DNA from: a phage | DNA: 64,000 nt | NCBI GenBank assembly: GCA_017676145.1 | Contig: GCA_017676145.1_3628.1 | Strand: one strand, 5' to 3' | Part shown: positions 30,728 to 40,568 of the stretch, piece by piece | How the letters are laid out: each line of letters starts with the position of its first letter | Position numbering within the stretch: position 1 is the first letter of the stretch | Notes under the pieces: model-generated | What the model saw: the letters and a program-made list of their open reading frames with translations, nothing else | Told to the model about the DNA's origin: nothing | The model's database searches: none | Position numbers and translations under genes: made by a program

Positions 30728-31198
30728 TTACTGTCCGATTTTAAAGGTTGCAGATTCAAGCAGCACATCGTAATGCCGCATAGCCTCGTTGAAGCCTTTC
30801 TCTTGTGCCCACTGCTCGCTAACAGTAGGATTACTAAACTGCCCAGCCTCAATAACAAACTGGATAGCTTTGGCCCCTGTGTCCCCCATCTGCTTAAGAA
30901 TAGCCTCTGCACTTGATCCTCTAGCCATAGCTCTCAACAATTTTTCTGTCAAGGTCTGTAGTTGAGTGCTGTGAAATGCAAAGGCTGTCTCCATGAAATT
31001 GCGAACAGGCAGCCCGTTCCAACCGAAGTTGTGAATGGCTGCCAATGTTGCCATATTTAAGCCTGACGGGTGAGGTTCGTCATAAAAGCCGTAGGTTATT
31101 GTTTTACTTTCAAGTCTCACAAGTTCTTTGTAGAAGCGATCTAAACGCTTTAGGTTGAACCTTGTTTGACATTTAACCTTTAGCATTATATCCCTCAC
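30728..31198 (-). CDS. head-tail joining protein (hypothetical)
   Basis: 156 aa ORF. Confidence 0.3.
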   Translation of the reverse strand: MRDIMLKVKCQTRFNLKRLDRFYKELVRLESKTITYGFYDEPHPSGLNMATLAAIHNFGWNGLPVRNFMETAFAFHSTQLQTLTEKLLRAMARGSSAEAILKQMGDTGAKAIQFVIEAGQFSNPTVSEQWAQEKGFNEAMRHYDVLLESATFKIGQ

Positions 31199-31239
31199 TA
31201 ATGTATTTTACCACAAAGATACATCAAAAGCAACAATTT

Positions 31240-31860
31240 TTAAAAACTGCGTTTGCGTCTTGGGTGGCGAGGAGGTTGGTTATTTAGACCACTGATAGGT
31301 GTAATCCCCTGGACATCGAACGGTCCGTTGCTGTTTTCATTAAATTTAACCCGAATTCCTTCGTCTACACGAACACCACCAATGATAATCATTCTGCTGT
31401 AAGCATCTAACTCAGAATCTACATAGTCTGGGTGTGCCAGCAGCCAATCAAGGAAATCTTTCCATTGGGCGTAGGAAGATCCACCACGAATCTCTATGGT
31501 CTCATCACCTATTTTTTCCAGACGGGAAGTTATACTTGCATTACCGCTGGACACTTCCTGCATCATCAGCCACCGCACAAGCTGCACAAGCACATTGTAC
31601 TTAAGCAGAGGCAGCTTATCAGGATCTGCCGGATAATTTAGTTTCAACTTCTCCATGTCAAGGAATGTTTTAATTACCTCGTCAGGGAGGGTTTCCTCAT
31701 CAACATTGCCAAGCAACAACCTCATAATATTAATAAGAGGTTGGTCTGGATCAGGTTCCGGAGGTACAGGATCTTCTTTTGGTGGTTCTTCTGGGGTATC
31801 TACTGCACCATCATGGTTAGGCGGGGACGGGATAATCTCTTCATCTTCATACCATGCCAT
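31240..31860 (-). CDS. hypothetical head or connector protein with acidic proline-rich N-terminus
   Basis: 206 aa; EEPPKEDPVPPEPDPD segment. Confidence 0.3.
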   Translation of the reverse strand: MAWYEDEEIIPSPPNHDGAVDTPEEPPKEDPVPPEPDPDQPLINIMRLLLGNVDEETLPDEVIKTFLDMEKLKLNYPADPDKLPLLKYNVLVQLVRWLMMQEVSSGNASITSRLEKIGDETIEIRGGSSYAQWKDFLDWLLAHPDYVDSELDAYSRMIIIGGVRVDEGIRVKFNENSNGPFDVQGITPISGLNNQPPRHPRRKRSF

Positions 31861-31872
31861 TTGAAAATACCT

Positions 31873-31909
31873 CGTAAAAATAAAGCCCCATTCCTAATTT
31901 GGAAGGGGC
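31873..31909 (-). terminator. hairpin terminator or attenuator
   Basis: GCCCC...GGGGC stem with A-run on plus (U-run on minus). Confidence 0.4.
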
Positions 31910-31919
31910 CTTAACAAAA

Positions 31920-32762
31920 TTATGCCAGTGCAGCCTCAAAATCTTTCATCATATTTTGGAAAGTTTTTGCCTTACTTAAGGTAACACCGTGCTCTTTGGC
32001 GAAGGTTTGGAGTGCATCTTTTGAACCACTTTTGTCATCTTCGTTGTTAAGAGCTGCGGCCTGCTGTAGTAGGGCATCAACATCACTGCGAGAAGATCTT
32101 GATTCTTGTGCCTGTTCAGGATCCTGCTCAGTGCCTCCCTCCGGTACAGTCGGACCTTGGGATTCTTCACCACCAGGTTCAGTAGGACCTACAGGCGGCT
32201 CCGGCTCTGGTTGAGGCGGTGGAGCTATCGTAGAGACCAGCCCAAGATTTACAACCTGAGAACGTTTCTTAGGCCACTCAATGGTGAAAGTTTGGGTATC
32301 TTCTTCATAAACAACGTTGCATTGCTCATCGTTTATGGTCACCTTTTTAGGCATCCCTACAGGGTCCCATAGATGGCCCTCTGCCACTGAAACTTGGAAA
32401 GCCGCATCTACCTCTTTAAACACTGACGGGGTGAGTGTGATATTGACATCCCCACTTTGCAGTGTTAAAGTGCTTTCATCAAGGTTCTCTGTGAAGAACA
32501 GAAGAATAACACCCATACGGATAGTTGAAATACCAGTATCAATTGGCAGGCCTGTGTGTTTTGCAATCTTCTGGAAGAAGTCTACAATCGTTCTGCATGG
32601 ATAGTGCACACTGCCAATAACGAATTCTGTTGGCGGCAGCAGGGCTGATAAACCAACATTGATTTCTGGGTTATATTGTGCTAAAAATTGATAAAAACTT
32701 AACTGATTGTTGAAAACTCTTAATAGAGGATCATACTCGACTGGGTAGACGGTTCGCTTCAC
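31920..32762 (-). CDS. hypothetical structural protein with proline-rich linker
   Basis: 280 aa; PPPQPEPEPPVGPTEPGGEE linker. Confidence 0.3.
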   Translation of the reverse strand: MKRTVYPVEYDPLLRVFNNQLSFYQFLAQYNPEINVGLSALLPPTEFVIGSVHYPCRTIVDFFQKIAKHTGLPIDTGISTIRMGVILLFFTENLDESTLTLQSGDVNITLTPSVFKEVDAAFQVSVAEGHLWDPVGMPKKVTINDEQCNVVYEEDTQTFTIEWPKKRSQVVNLGLVSTIAPPPQPEPEPPVGPTEPGGEESQGPTVPEGGTEQDPEQAQESRSSRSDVDALLQQAAALNNEDDKSGSKDALQTFAKEHGVTLSKAKTFQNMMKDFEAALA

Positions 32763-32784
32763 GGGACACTCCTGTTAAACCCTA

Positions 32785-32820
32785 ATAAATAAAAAGGGGA
32801 GGGGGAGAACCCCCTCCCCA
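32785..32820 (-). terminator. strong rho-independent terminator after major capsid gene
   Basis: perfect 10 bp stem GGGGAGGGGG / CCCCCTCCCC with A-run upstream on plus (U-run on minus). Confidence 0.6.
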
Positions 32821-32843
32821 TATGGGATGAATCACATCAGTGA

Positions 32844-33854
32844 TTAGCCACCGTTTTTCAGAGTTACTTTAACAACCAGCTCTGGACGGGTGTTAACTGC
32901 CAGCATGGAAGTTTCAGATTCAATCTTCTCTTCACGCAGGTATGCAGAGTGTTTATACCACATGTACAGTTCCTGGGCTGGGGTATTTGCTTCGTTAACA
33001 TCATCTGCTGGAGCAAAGTGCAGCTGGAACATCTGATCAATACCCATAGGCAGAATGCGAGCTTCTTTCTTCGGAATATTGCCAGAGATATCTTCGATAA
33101 AGGTGATACCTTTATGCTCAAACACACGGTATACGCTGTCTTGACCGCCAGCACCCAGACGGCGACGCAGAGGTTCCTGAGCAGAGCCGTAATATGTGTA
33201 TGCCAGTTCTACCAGAGGGTGATGGGTAATAGCACTGAAGAACTCTGGTGAGCACAGGGCTACGATGCGATAGCCAGCTGCATTATCGCCAGCTTGCAGT
33301 GCGATGTGCAGACGAGCTTCTTCCAGAACCTCCATAGGATCCTGATCTGCTTTTGCAGGGTCGATCTCAACAGATTTCTGAGACACACCCCACAGAGTGT
33401 AGTAATCATACTGGCAGGTAGCGTCACCAGGTGCATAGGATTTACCCAGAATAGCCTGGAACAGAGCTTTCTCACGCAGTGCTTCATGAGAAACACGGAT
33501 ACGACGAACAACGCGGGTTACTACGTCCTGAACAGTTTTCGGAGCATCAGGAGTGAAGTAACGACGGAAGTTCTGAACATCTGCGGCAGTGATGCCTTTG
33601 TCCAGAGGGAAGAACGGGATGTTCAGGTTTTTAACCTGAGCACGTTCACTACCAACATAGTTACGTTCACCACCACGACGGCGTGCCGGAATGTCGGTTA
33701 CAACTTCATCAACACGCTCGATCTGAGCAATTGTTGAGGTGCCGAGACGGGTTTCGAACAGATCCATACCGGTGATCAGTCGGAATTGGCGCGGAACAAG
33801 GTCCAGAGTAGCACCTAAATCGACAATGCCAAATTCATCTTTACGAGTAATCAT
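32844..33854 (-). CDS. major capsid protein candidate
   Basis: 336 aa; follows scaffold-like and small head protein genes; followed by strong terminator. Confidence 0.6.
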   Translation of the reverse strand: MITRKDEFGIVDLGATLDLVPRQFRLITGMDLFETRLGTSTIAQIERVDEVVTDIPARRRGGERNYVGSERAQVKNLNIPFFPLDKGITAADVQNFRRYFTPDAPKTVQDVVTRVVRRIRVSHEALREKALFQAILGKSYAPGDATCQYDYYTLWGVSQKSVEIDPAKADQDPMEVLEEARLHIALQAGDNAAGYRIVALCSPEFFSAITHHPLVELAYTYYGSAQEPLRRRLGAGGQDSVYRVFEHKGITFIEDISGNIPKKEARILPMGIDQMFQLHFAPADDVNEANTPAQELYMWYKHSAYLREEKIESETSMLAVNTRPELVVKVTLKNGG

Positions 33855-33905
33855 TTATTTCTCCAAAGTAAAACTTAAATATTTTCCCGAACAATTTAGG
33901 GCTTA

Positions 33906-34292
33906 TTATTCACCAAGAGTCTGGACGTGAACTTTGTTACCTAAAGCTTCCAACTTATCCAGAATTCTTTGGTCTGCTTTAGCTCCATCTGCACCTAACA
34001 GCATATCTTTTGCAAAGGTAACACCATGGACGGCAACAACCAGGTTATAGGATTGACCTACTTCTAAAGGTTTTGCAAGATGAACCGTACCAGCATCTTT
34101 GACAAGAGCACGGTCAACAATAACGCCGTACACATCAGAACCGTCTGCGTTAGCGATGGTACCTGTTTTTGTTACAACAGTACCAGCGTGGTGATGCTCT
34201 GTCAGTGTTACCTTAATCTCTTTAAAATTGTAGCCAGCATCGCTAGAATCAACTTTGCCGAGCACGATATCAGAATATTGAGCGGTAATCAT
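33906..34292 (-). CDS. small head protein (decoration-like candidate)
   Basis: 128 aa; between scaffold and capsid genes. Confidence 0.3.
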   Translation of the reverse strand: MITAQYSDIVLGKVDSSDAGYNFKEIKVTLTEHHHAGTVVTKTGTIANADGSDVYGVIVDRALVKDAGTVHLAKPLEVGQSYNLVVAVHGVTFAKDMLLGADGAKADQRILDKLEALGNKVHVQTLGE

Positions 34293-34312
34293 TTATTTCC
34301 CCCGTTAATGTC

Positions 34313-35290
34313 TTATTTGTTAGATTCTGCACGTGCACGAGCAAGTGCTTTTGCAACGTTTTCAGCAAGAATTTCTTCTGCGGATTTTGCAATATCATCC
34401 ACAACAGGTTCGCCATCATTACCATGTTCAGTGGTGGCAAACTCTTCTTTAGTTTTATGCACCTCTGCTTCCAGCTCTTCAATTTTTGCTTGAGCTTTCT
34501 CCAGCATAGCTACGATAGGTTCGTTAGCTTTCTCCAGCATGAAGTCAACCAGGGTTGCGTGATCTTCTTCACCAACAAAGCTTAAAGCTTGAGCCTTAGT
34601 CAGCATTTTAGCTTTTTCAACTTCAACCTGGGCCTTGATGATTTCTTCAGCTTTACTCTGGGTTGCTTTCAGCTCTTCTACTTGCTTCAGCAGATCCAGA
34701 TACTCTTTAGTTTTGGTTACGTCCACCGGATTCTCCTCGGTATTTGCGGATTTTGCAACATCATCCACCTCGGTAGTTTTATCCACCTCAGTAGGTTCCT
34801 GTACCGCCTTGATCAGGTTCCCTTCTTTATCGAAGAGATCAGCGGTTACTTGTTCAAAAATCTGTTGTGTTTTTAGCAGGCTGTACTGATCTACCACACT
34901 AAGCTGCTTGCCTTCTTTTGCAGCTTTATGAATGGTCACGTTATCACAACGCTCTTCCAGCCATGAAATACAAGACTCTGCGTCAGCTTGCGCCCATTCC
35001 CAATCAGGATGCTCTTTAGCCCAAGCTTCCTCTTCAATCTCAAAACCAAGCATGTGTGCAAGTGCTTTGGCATCATCATACCACATATCGAAGAAACGAC
35101 GCAGGTATTCTTCAAAACTAAGCTCCACAGTAACTTGGCGAAGTGCCTTAACAATATCTTCTGTTAACTGCTCAGGCTGAAGATCACTCTTCATCAAAAG
35201 AGATACAGGTCTGTTGTTAGCGCTATAGCCTTGAGCCTTATGGCACAGGGCAATCCCCTTCTCTTTAATAGTAATCGTTTTTTCAGACAT
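34313..35290 (-). CDS. scaffolding protein candidate
   Basis: 325 aa; acidic with long coiled-coil-like stretches (EELKATQSKAEEIIKAQVEVEKAK). Confidence 0.5.
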   Translation of the reverse strand: MSEKTITIKEKGIALCHKAQGYSANNRPVSLLMKSDLQPEQLTEDIVKALRQVTVELSFEEYLRRFFDMWYDDAKALAHMLGFEIEEEAWAKEHPDWEWAQADAESCISWLEERCDNVTIHKAAKEGKQLSVVDQYSLLKTQQIFEQVTADLFDKEGNLIKAVQEPTEVDKTTEVDDVAKSANTEENPVDVTKTKEYLDLLKQVEELKATQSKAEEIIKAQVEVEKAKMLTKAQALSFVGEEDHATLVDFMLEKANEPIVAMLEKAQAKIEELEAEVHKTKEEFATTEHGNDGEPVVDDIAKSAEEILAENVAKALARARAESNK

Positions 35291-35721
35291 TATTCATTGC
35301 CCTCTTCTACAACACTGATCCCGAAGTTTACGTTGGTAATTTCACCAGTCTCTTCATCAACATTACCTGTTGCCTGAATGCTTAGGCCACCAACAATGCC
35401 AGCCTTCTTAGCTTCCCATAATTCAGGATTATTGTATTTAACTTTAGCAACCCAAGAGCCAGCCTTGATGACCTGCTCAGTGCCAATCACTACAACATCA
35501 AACTCTTCTTGAATCCACGTCTTTTCAATGGTGAAAGCATCTGTAGAGGTCAAGTGAAAAAGGTTTTCAGAAACTAGGCCTGCGGCGTATGCTGCGTCCC
35601 AGTTATCTTTAGCCTTTTTGATGGTGTCTTTACTCATCCACTCGCCGTGAGCATCTTTAGTGTCAGGTTCGTAGATGATTTCGTAGGAAATCATTTCTTC
35701 CTGTGGCATCTTATTCCCCAT
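35290..35721 (-). CDS. prohead-associated protein (XkdF-type pattern)
   Basis: ORF 35290-35865 overlaps portal; likely start at internal Met (35721 or 35709); motif YEIIYEPDTKDAHGEWMS recalls XkdF-family proteins; between portal and scaffold. Confidence 0.4.
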   Translation of the reverse strand: MGNKMPQEEMISYEIIYEPDTKDAHGEWMSKDTIKKAKDNWDAAYAAGLVSENLFHLTSTDAFTIEKTWIQEEFDVVVIGTEQVIKAGSWVAKVKYNNPELWEAKKAGIVGGLSIQATGNVDEETGEITNVNFGISVVEEGNE

Positions 35722-35776
35722 GTGGATTATTTTATCACGCCAAAGGAGGTTTTGCAACCCCCTGTGTTGATAATTT

Positions 35777-37333
35777 TTAATTTTCCATGTTAGATATGGA
35801 GTTATCTCTGGTTGATGACATCTTAGAAGTGCCGTTGCCAGTGGATCCTGCAGCCATTCCATCACCAGCTCTACTGATGTCCTGGCCCAAGAGCTTCATT
35901 AGCTCTTCCTGATCCATGTCCTCGTCAAATCTTTCATCAAACCCGCCTACTTCAAGAATCTTATTAATTACTGCAGGAGTTTTTGGCAAGTAACCTACAG
36001 CACCGATCCTCTGGACAAACTTGGAGAAGCTCTCCATGTCCACTTCTTCAATCAGACCAGGTTTCAGTTTAGGCATATCATCATCTTCAAGGATGATACC
36101 ATTCAATGCCAGAAGCTGTGGAATAAGATCTTTATTGAAGGCCTCAGTGATAATATCTATATCACGCTGAACAAAATGACCATGGATAGATTGTTTTGAC
36201 TCAGACAGCGAGAAAGATCCAACGTTATCGTTACCGAGGTTAATAAAGCCAGCACCGAAACGGTCAAGAATCGCCTTCTTACGGGCATCAATCAAATCTT
36301 TAGTGGAATACTGCTTACCCATGCCGTCAACCCCCTTCAGGGTCATGGAGTAAAGCTCTTTACCAGACTTATCTCTATCAGACGGAAGTATAAAGAAACT
36401 TTGCTCCCCGCTATGGGCATTTGCTGCGTCAAGCATAAGATCTGCAACCATTCTCCCTTCCATTGAATTCGGGTCAATGCTGGCCTTGTTCAGAATATTG
36501 GAAGGAATTTTCAGCTCAAGCACACCACCAAGGTCTTTGGAGCAGCCAACAACCTCAAGGTTTTCAATCAGAACTTTCTCACGGAAAGATCTGTAGCAAC
36601 CTATCATTGGTGACACACCTGCAGGGTTAGATTCTGTTCCTGACAGGGTCATAAGCATAAGCTTTTTAGCAGGGATGAAAATTTCAGGCTCATTAAAGCC
36701 TTTTGAAGGCATTGCAGCAAGAGGTCCAGCCCAGCGTGCATTCTGCGTGTTTAGAAATGCATTAGGTGATTGATAAATACCTGTCAGTGTTCTACTATTC
36801 TTGTCAAAGACAAACGGCTCTGATCTTGACAAACTGGCCTGAGGTCGAAATGCAATTTTATCAATAAGAAGCATCCCGGCGTATTTACCTTCTTTCTCTC
36901 TGCGGTATACTTTCTCAAACAGTGAAAAACCATACTCGTTAAAGGTAGCTGCGCTTCTTGCAATATCTCGAAGAGTTTGTTGGTTTGCCAAATTACGTAA
37001 AGAATACTCTATAAGCTCGGCAGCTTTCTTAGAGTCTTCACTTTTAACATTATAAAGGATCTTAAAATCATTGAATGCTTTCGTGATGAAAACATATTTT
37101 GTATCTAAGGCAGTAGCAACTGTGGAATCACATTTCATAGTCTCCACTGTAGCAATCAGCTGAGGCCAACGCAATTCCTCAACCATCATAGATTGTGATT
37201 CTGCCATAATTTGGGAAAGTGCGCCAGAACCGATCTCACTCATACGAACATTATGAGTTGGTGCGCCTGCGTTCCCAGATTTATTCACAGTTTTGGCTGT
37301 GGCGTTGTGTTTCCTGCGGTTCTTTTTGGACAC
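35777..37333 (-). CDS. portal protein
   Basis: 518 aa; directly downstream of terminase large subunit; size and position. Confidence 0.65.
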   Translation of the reverse strand: MSKKNRRKHNATAKTVNKSGNAGAPTHNVRMSEIGSGALSQIMAESQSMMVEELRWPQLIATVETMKCDSTVATALDTKYVFITKAFNDFKILYNVKSEDSKKAAELIEYSLRNLANQQTLRDIARSAATFNEYGFSLFEKVYRREKEGKYAGMLLIDKIAFRPQASLSRSEPFVFDKNSRTLTGIYQSPNAFLNTQNARWAGPLAAMPSKGFNEPEIFIPAKKLMLMTLSGTESNPAGVSPMIGCYRSFREKVLIENLEVVGCSKDLGGVLELKIPSNILNKASIDPNSMEGRMVADLMLDAANAHSGEQSFFILPSDRDKSGKELYSMTLKGVDGMGKQYSTKDLIDARKKAILDRFGAGFINLGNDNVGSFSLSESKQSIHGHFVQRDIDIITEAFNKDLIPQLLALNGIILEDDDMPKLKPGLIEEVDMESFSKFVQRIGAVGYLPKTPAVINKILEVGGFDERFDEDMDQEELMKLLGQDISRAGDGMAAGSTGNGTSKMSSTRDNSISNMEN

Positions 37334-37435
37334 AAGCTTTACCCCTCAAAACAGTATAACAAAATAGCCCTCGTGTTAGAGGGCTAGTATCTCCGATTAC
37401 TCTATTCTACCACATCTAATTAAGATTGGCAACAC

Positions 37436-38214
37436 TTAGATAAAACGCTTGAACATAGAAGGTGATGAGATTGATGGAATCACACAAGGAAGTGCTACCT
37501 CCTCTTTCTCCAGGAAATTAATCGCAGAAGCCACACAGTCGGCCCAGTCGTCTTTTCTGTTAAATGTTGATCTTTCCCCGTTGAATTTTTCAAGTTCAGT
37601 CAGAAATGCTTCCAGAGTATCAGGATGGAAACTGGATTTTACAATCCTCACCATTCCTTGTTGGGCAAGATTGGCAAAAGGTGAGAACCTTGTTAGTTTA
37701 GATTTGTTGGAAGGCATTGGATCTTCTTCAACCCTAAACCCTTCGGCGAGTAAGGATCTGGAGGAGGTTAAGAACTCACTCTTACCTGCCTGACCTGGGT
37801 CCACAGAGAATACGATTATACAATCATCACCATCAAACTGCGCCTGTTTCCTGATGATCACATCTCGTTCACCAGCCTTTTTACAGAACTTACCTTCCAG
37901 ACCTGTGGAATATCTCCCGTCATCCACGTTCTCAGGACAATAATCACCGGACAGGTAATAAAAGCCGTCGCTATCTTTACTTACCTTAACACTGGCGGTA
38001 AAGTCAGGAAATTTATTACCGGAAGTTCTCTCGGTTCCTGCCTTATCCCATGCCCTACAAGATACTGATCCAAGGGGTACTCTATCGGCATCACGAAGGA
38101 AAGATCTTTGAAAATAGTTTGCACCCTCAGGCTTTGCAAACCAGTTACCATGAAGAAGCTGAGCTTTTTCCAGTTCCGGCAGACCTTCAAGGAAAGCAAG
38201 GTATTCGGGGTTGT
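37436..38214 (-). CDS. terL: terminase large subunit, exon 3 (nuclease domain)
   Basis: reading frame is open upstream of the annotated GTG start back to about 38242 with no start codon; translation NPEYLAFLEGLPELEKAQLLHGNWF...DDWADCVA matches terminase C-terminal pattern. Confidence 0.6.
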
Positions 38215-39214
38215 CTCTTAAGCAGACAGGATTATCGAATCCTTATATTCAAAGGTGGTCGCAACACCACCTTCCGCACCTTTACGTGCTGCTGCATGTT
38301 ACCATGCAGAGTAGACTATATCACCACCCATCTCAGGGTGCTTCGCTTTTCGAGCGCCATAAGCTTGCGCCCTACTCCCTCTCGGGATAGTCGTTGAACT
38401 ACATTACCAATCGTAATTGTTTGAAATATAGGTGTAAGTCTTACGATCTTTTATTCCTTTAACAACACTAAAACTTACTCCCCACTTCTTAGCTATTTTA
38501 TTTACACACAAAACCCTGTCGCTAAGATCCTCGCAGATACCTATTATCTTGTGCTCACTTATCCTATTAGAGGTTGGCACTTTTCTAAAGTTAAACTCTT
38601 TAGAAATATCTGGGTATACTGAGCCATTCTTTATACCACTTACAAGTGGTTGATTGACACCAAACATTTCACAAATGTCTTTTACCCTTGCACCTTGCTC
38701 TAACAGCCTACATATTTCAAGAGCAGTGGCATCATCTAGGGACCTGTATCTATTGATATAGTCCTTTTTAAGTCCCATTTCATGAGCGTGATGTGTGTTT
38801 TCCTCAGGCGTTGTCCACTCAAGGTTCCATGCGGCGTTATTCAACTTATTACCATCCAGGTGGTTTACTTGAGTTTTCACGCTGGGATTATCATTATCAA
38901 CAAAAGTCATAGCAATCACTCTGTGGACTAGCACTTGGAACTTTTTACCGCCCTCGCACAAAGTTACCATAGCATAGCCAGTCTTTTTCTGCACATTAGG
39001 ATGGAGGAATTTATTAGAATACAGACTGTAAATTCTTCCATCGTATGTAGCACAATAATGATTGTAACCTAAAAAGCCTAAATTTTTCATTTCAAACATC
39101 TCCCTACTACAGGTTCGGAAGGGTAATTATAGCTGCTGATTGTCCGTTTAGCAATCGGATTTTCCAGCAATTAACGAAGTTATTCGACGTGCATTTCTGC
39201 ACGAAGCCACTATC
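38215..39214 (-). mobile_element. group I intron carrying an HNH homing endonuclease ORF
   Basis: minus-strand conserved elements P-like AATTGCTGGAAAATCCG (39156-39172), R GTTCAACGACTATCC (38384-38399), S GATATAGTCTAC (38311-38322); interrupts the terminase frame; boundaries approximate to a few nt. Confidence 0.65.
38404..39099 (-). CDS. HNH homing endonuclease (intron-encoded)
   Basis: 231 aa; HHLDGNKLNNAAWNLEWTTPEEN HNH motif; lies entirely within the intron. Confidence 0.75.
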   Translation of the reverse strand: MFEMKNLGFLGYNHYCATYDGRIYSLYSNKFLHPNVQKKTGYAMVTLCEGGKKFQVLVHRVIAMTFVDNDNPSVKTQVNHLDGNKLNNAAWNLEWTTPEENTHHAHEMGLKKDYINRYRSLDDATALEICRLLEQGARVKDICEMFGVNQPLVSGIKNGSVYPDISKEFNFRKVPTSNRISEHKIIGICEDLSDRVLCVNKIAKKWGVSFSVVKGIKDRKTYTYISNNYDW

Positions 39215-39536
39215 ATTTAATGGTTGCGCCTATAAACGAGAATGACAACGGTCTTGGCTTAATCTCCACACCTAGTCCGTTAACCGTGGTGTATTTCTCT
39301 ATTAACTCCTCTTTAGAGTCTCCCCAGATAAATTCACCGTCGCGCCGGATAAAATATCTTTTCTTACCACATTTCTCCGGATCTGGATACCCTTCATCGT
39401 CCAACCACCACCTAACCAGTTTGGCAAGCATGTGTTCTGAGTCGGGGTTACAGCTGATAACCATTCTTGATGGATACTTTGACTGAGATCGCAGACGAGA
39501 CATTAGATAGTCTATCTGCTCCCATTCGAATTGCGT
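39215..39536 (-). CDS. terL: terminase large subunit, exon 2
   Basis: frame open from 39539 to the stop at 39213-39215; translation TQFEWEQIDYLMSRLRS...VISCNPD...IGATIK; boundaries approximate. Confidence 0.55.
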
Positions 39537-39855
39537 CGTTTATGTTCAGGCAAGGTCGCTAGTCTTGCCCCGCCATTTTCAGGCAGCTGCATGTCTCCAT
39601 GCAGACCAGACTATATCTTATAAGCTATAACAACAGCTTACCCTCCCGTTTCGAATCGCTTGATTCTACGTCTTTCGACTAGTCGTTGAACGTTCATCCT
39701 CTCGGATGCTTCGCTGCGGATTATCTAAATCAACACTCTGTTACCATACCTTCGATCTCTCTTCGAAGCCTCTATTATGTTACCATAACAGGTTGGTGGT
39801 GTTAATAATAAAGATTTCCCCGCAATTAGGGAGGTTTTACGAGAGCTACAAATTA
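39537..39855 (-). mobile_element. group I intron (no ORF)
   Basis: minus-strand P AATTGCGGGGAAATC (39813-39827), Q TAATCCGCAGCGAAGC (39708-39723), R GTTCAACGACTAGTCG (39676-39691), S AAGATATAGTCTGG (39606-39619) in canonical order; candidate guide sequence GCTCTC pairs with exon end GAGGGU; stops in all frames. Confidence 0.7.
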
Positions 39856-40281
39856 ACCCTCATCGAAGCAAACCATGGTGTACTCAAGCCCTTGATGGTT
39901 AAGCTTATCTTGGACATACTCCATGTGGCAGTATTTTACAACGGCCCCTTTTTTGCTCCTGTCCCACTTGCCAGTGCTCGGATCAAACCGTGGAAAAATA
40001 AACTTATGATCCTTCTCTCTGAACTTTGGTTTAATGTTTTCAGGCAGATCACTGTAAATAGCTACTGCTTTAGGCCATAGACCTCCTTCACCCTCCAGCT
40101 GCGGGGTTGTTCTTCGGAACATAACCACAGAGCTGTGTGGGTCATCAATAATTTTAAGTGGCATTAGCTGCAAGAGGAACGACTTGCCAGAACCGGCTGC
40201 ACCTCCGATCACCAAAATATCTGCATCGTTCTCAAGGATCATCTTCTGCTTTTCAGAACACGGTCCGTAAATCTTAGACAT
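39856..40281 (-). CDS. terL: terminase large subunit, exon 1 (ATPase N-terminus)
   Basis: Walker A GGAAGSGKS and Walker B MVCFDE in translation; ORF ends at a stop that lies inside the intron. Confidence 0.75.
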
Positions 40282-40568
40282 TAACCTCTCTCCTTTGGAA
40301 ACAGTGTTCTTATATAGTCTTGCAAAATGATCAATTTAGCTCTATCATTACTACAAGACAGGTTATTATCCCTCATAATGCCAGAATTCACCGCATCTGG
40401 CGCACCTTTCTTCAAAGGGATAGCTTTAGCAGGTGGTTTCATAGCACCCTCGGGAGGTTTAACAATCAACCTTCCTACATCCGGAGGGTCAATCTTATAT
40501 TCTTTTTCGACACTTGTCGCACATCCGCACAGCAGTAAGCAAGCAACTAACAATACGGTGGCTCTCAT
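40281..40568 (-). CDS. o-spanin (Rz1-like outer-membrane lipoprotein)
   Basis: 95 aa; signal peptide with LLCGC lipobox; proline-rich body; overlaps i-spanin gene. Confidence 0.65.
   Translation of the reverse strand: MRATVLLVACLLLCGCATSVEKEYKIDPPDVGRLIVKPPEGAMKPPAKAIPLKKGAPDAVNSGIMRDNNLSCSNDRAKLIILQDYIRTLFPKERG

Noticed and set aside
903-33737. Plus-strand ORFs nested inside minus-strand structural genes (for example 903-1277, 8448-8930, 12551-13129, 18889-19500, 23454-24089, 28830-29273, 33294-33737)
   Set aside because: All are antisense to long ORFs with coherent structural-protein features, lack ribosome-binding sites and have low-complexity translations.
37981-38199. 72 aa ORF between the HNH gene and terminase exon 3
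   Set aside because: It is in a different frame from, and fully overlapped by, the upstream-open terminase reading frame that gives terminase-like sequence; treated as a frame artefact.
38215-39855. Inteins interrupting the terminase
   Set aside because: The interruptions contain stop codons in the terminase frame and carry group I intron RNA core elements, so they are introns at RNA level, not in-frame protein insertions.
39706-40080. Plus-strand 124 aa ORF
   Set aside because: It lies antisense across intron 1 and terminase exon 1, where the minus strand carries clear intron core elements and Walker motifs.
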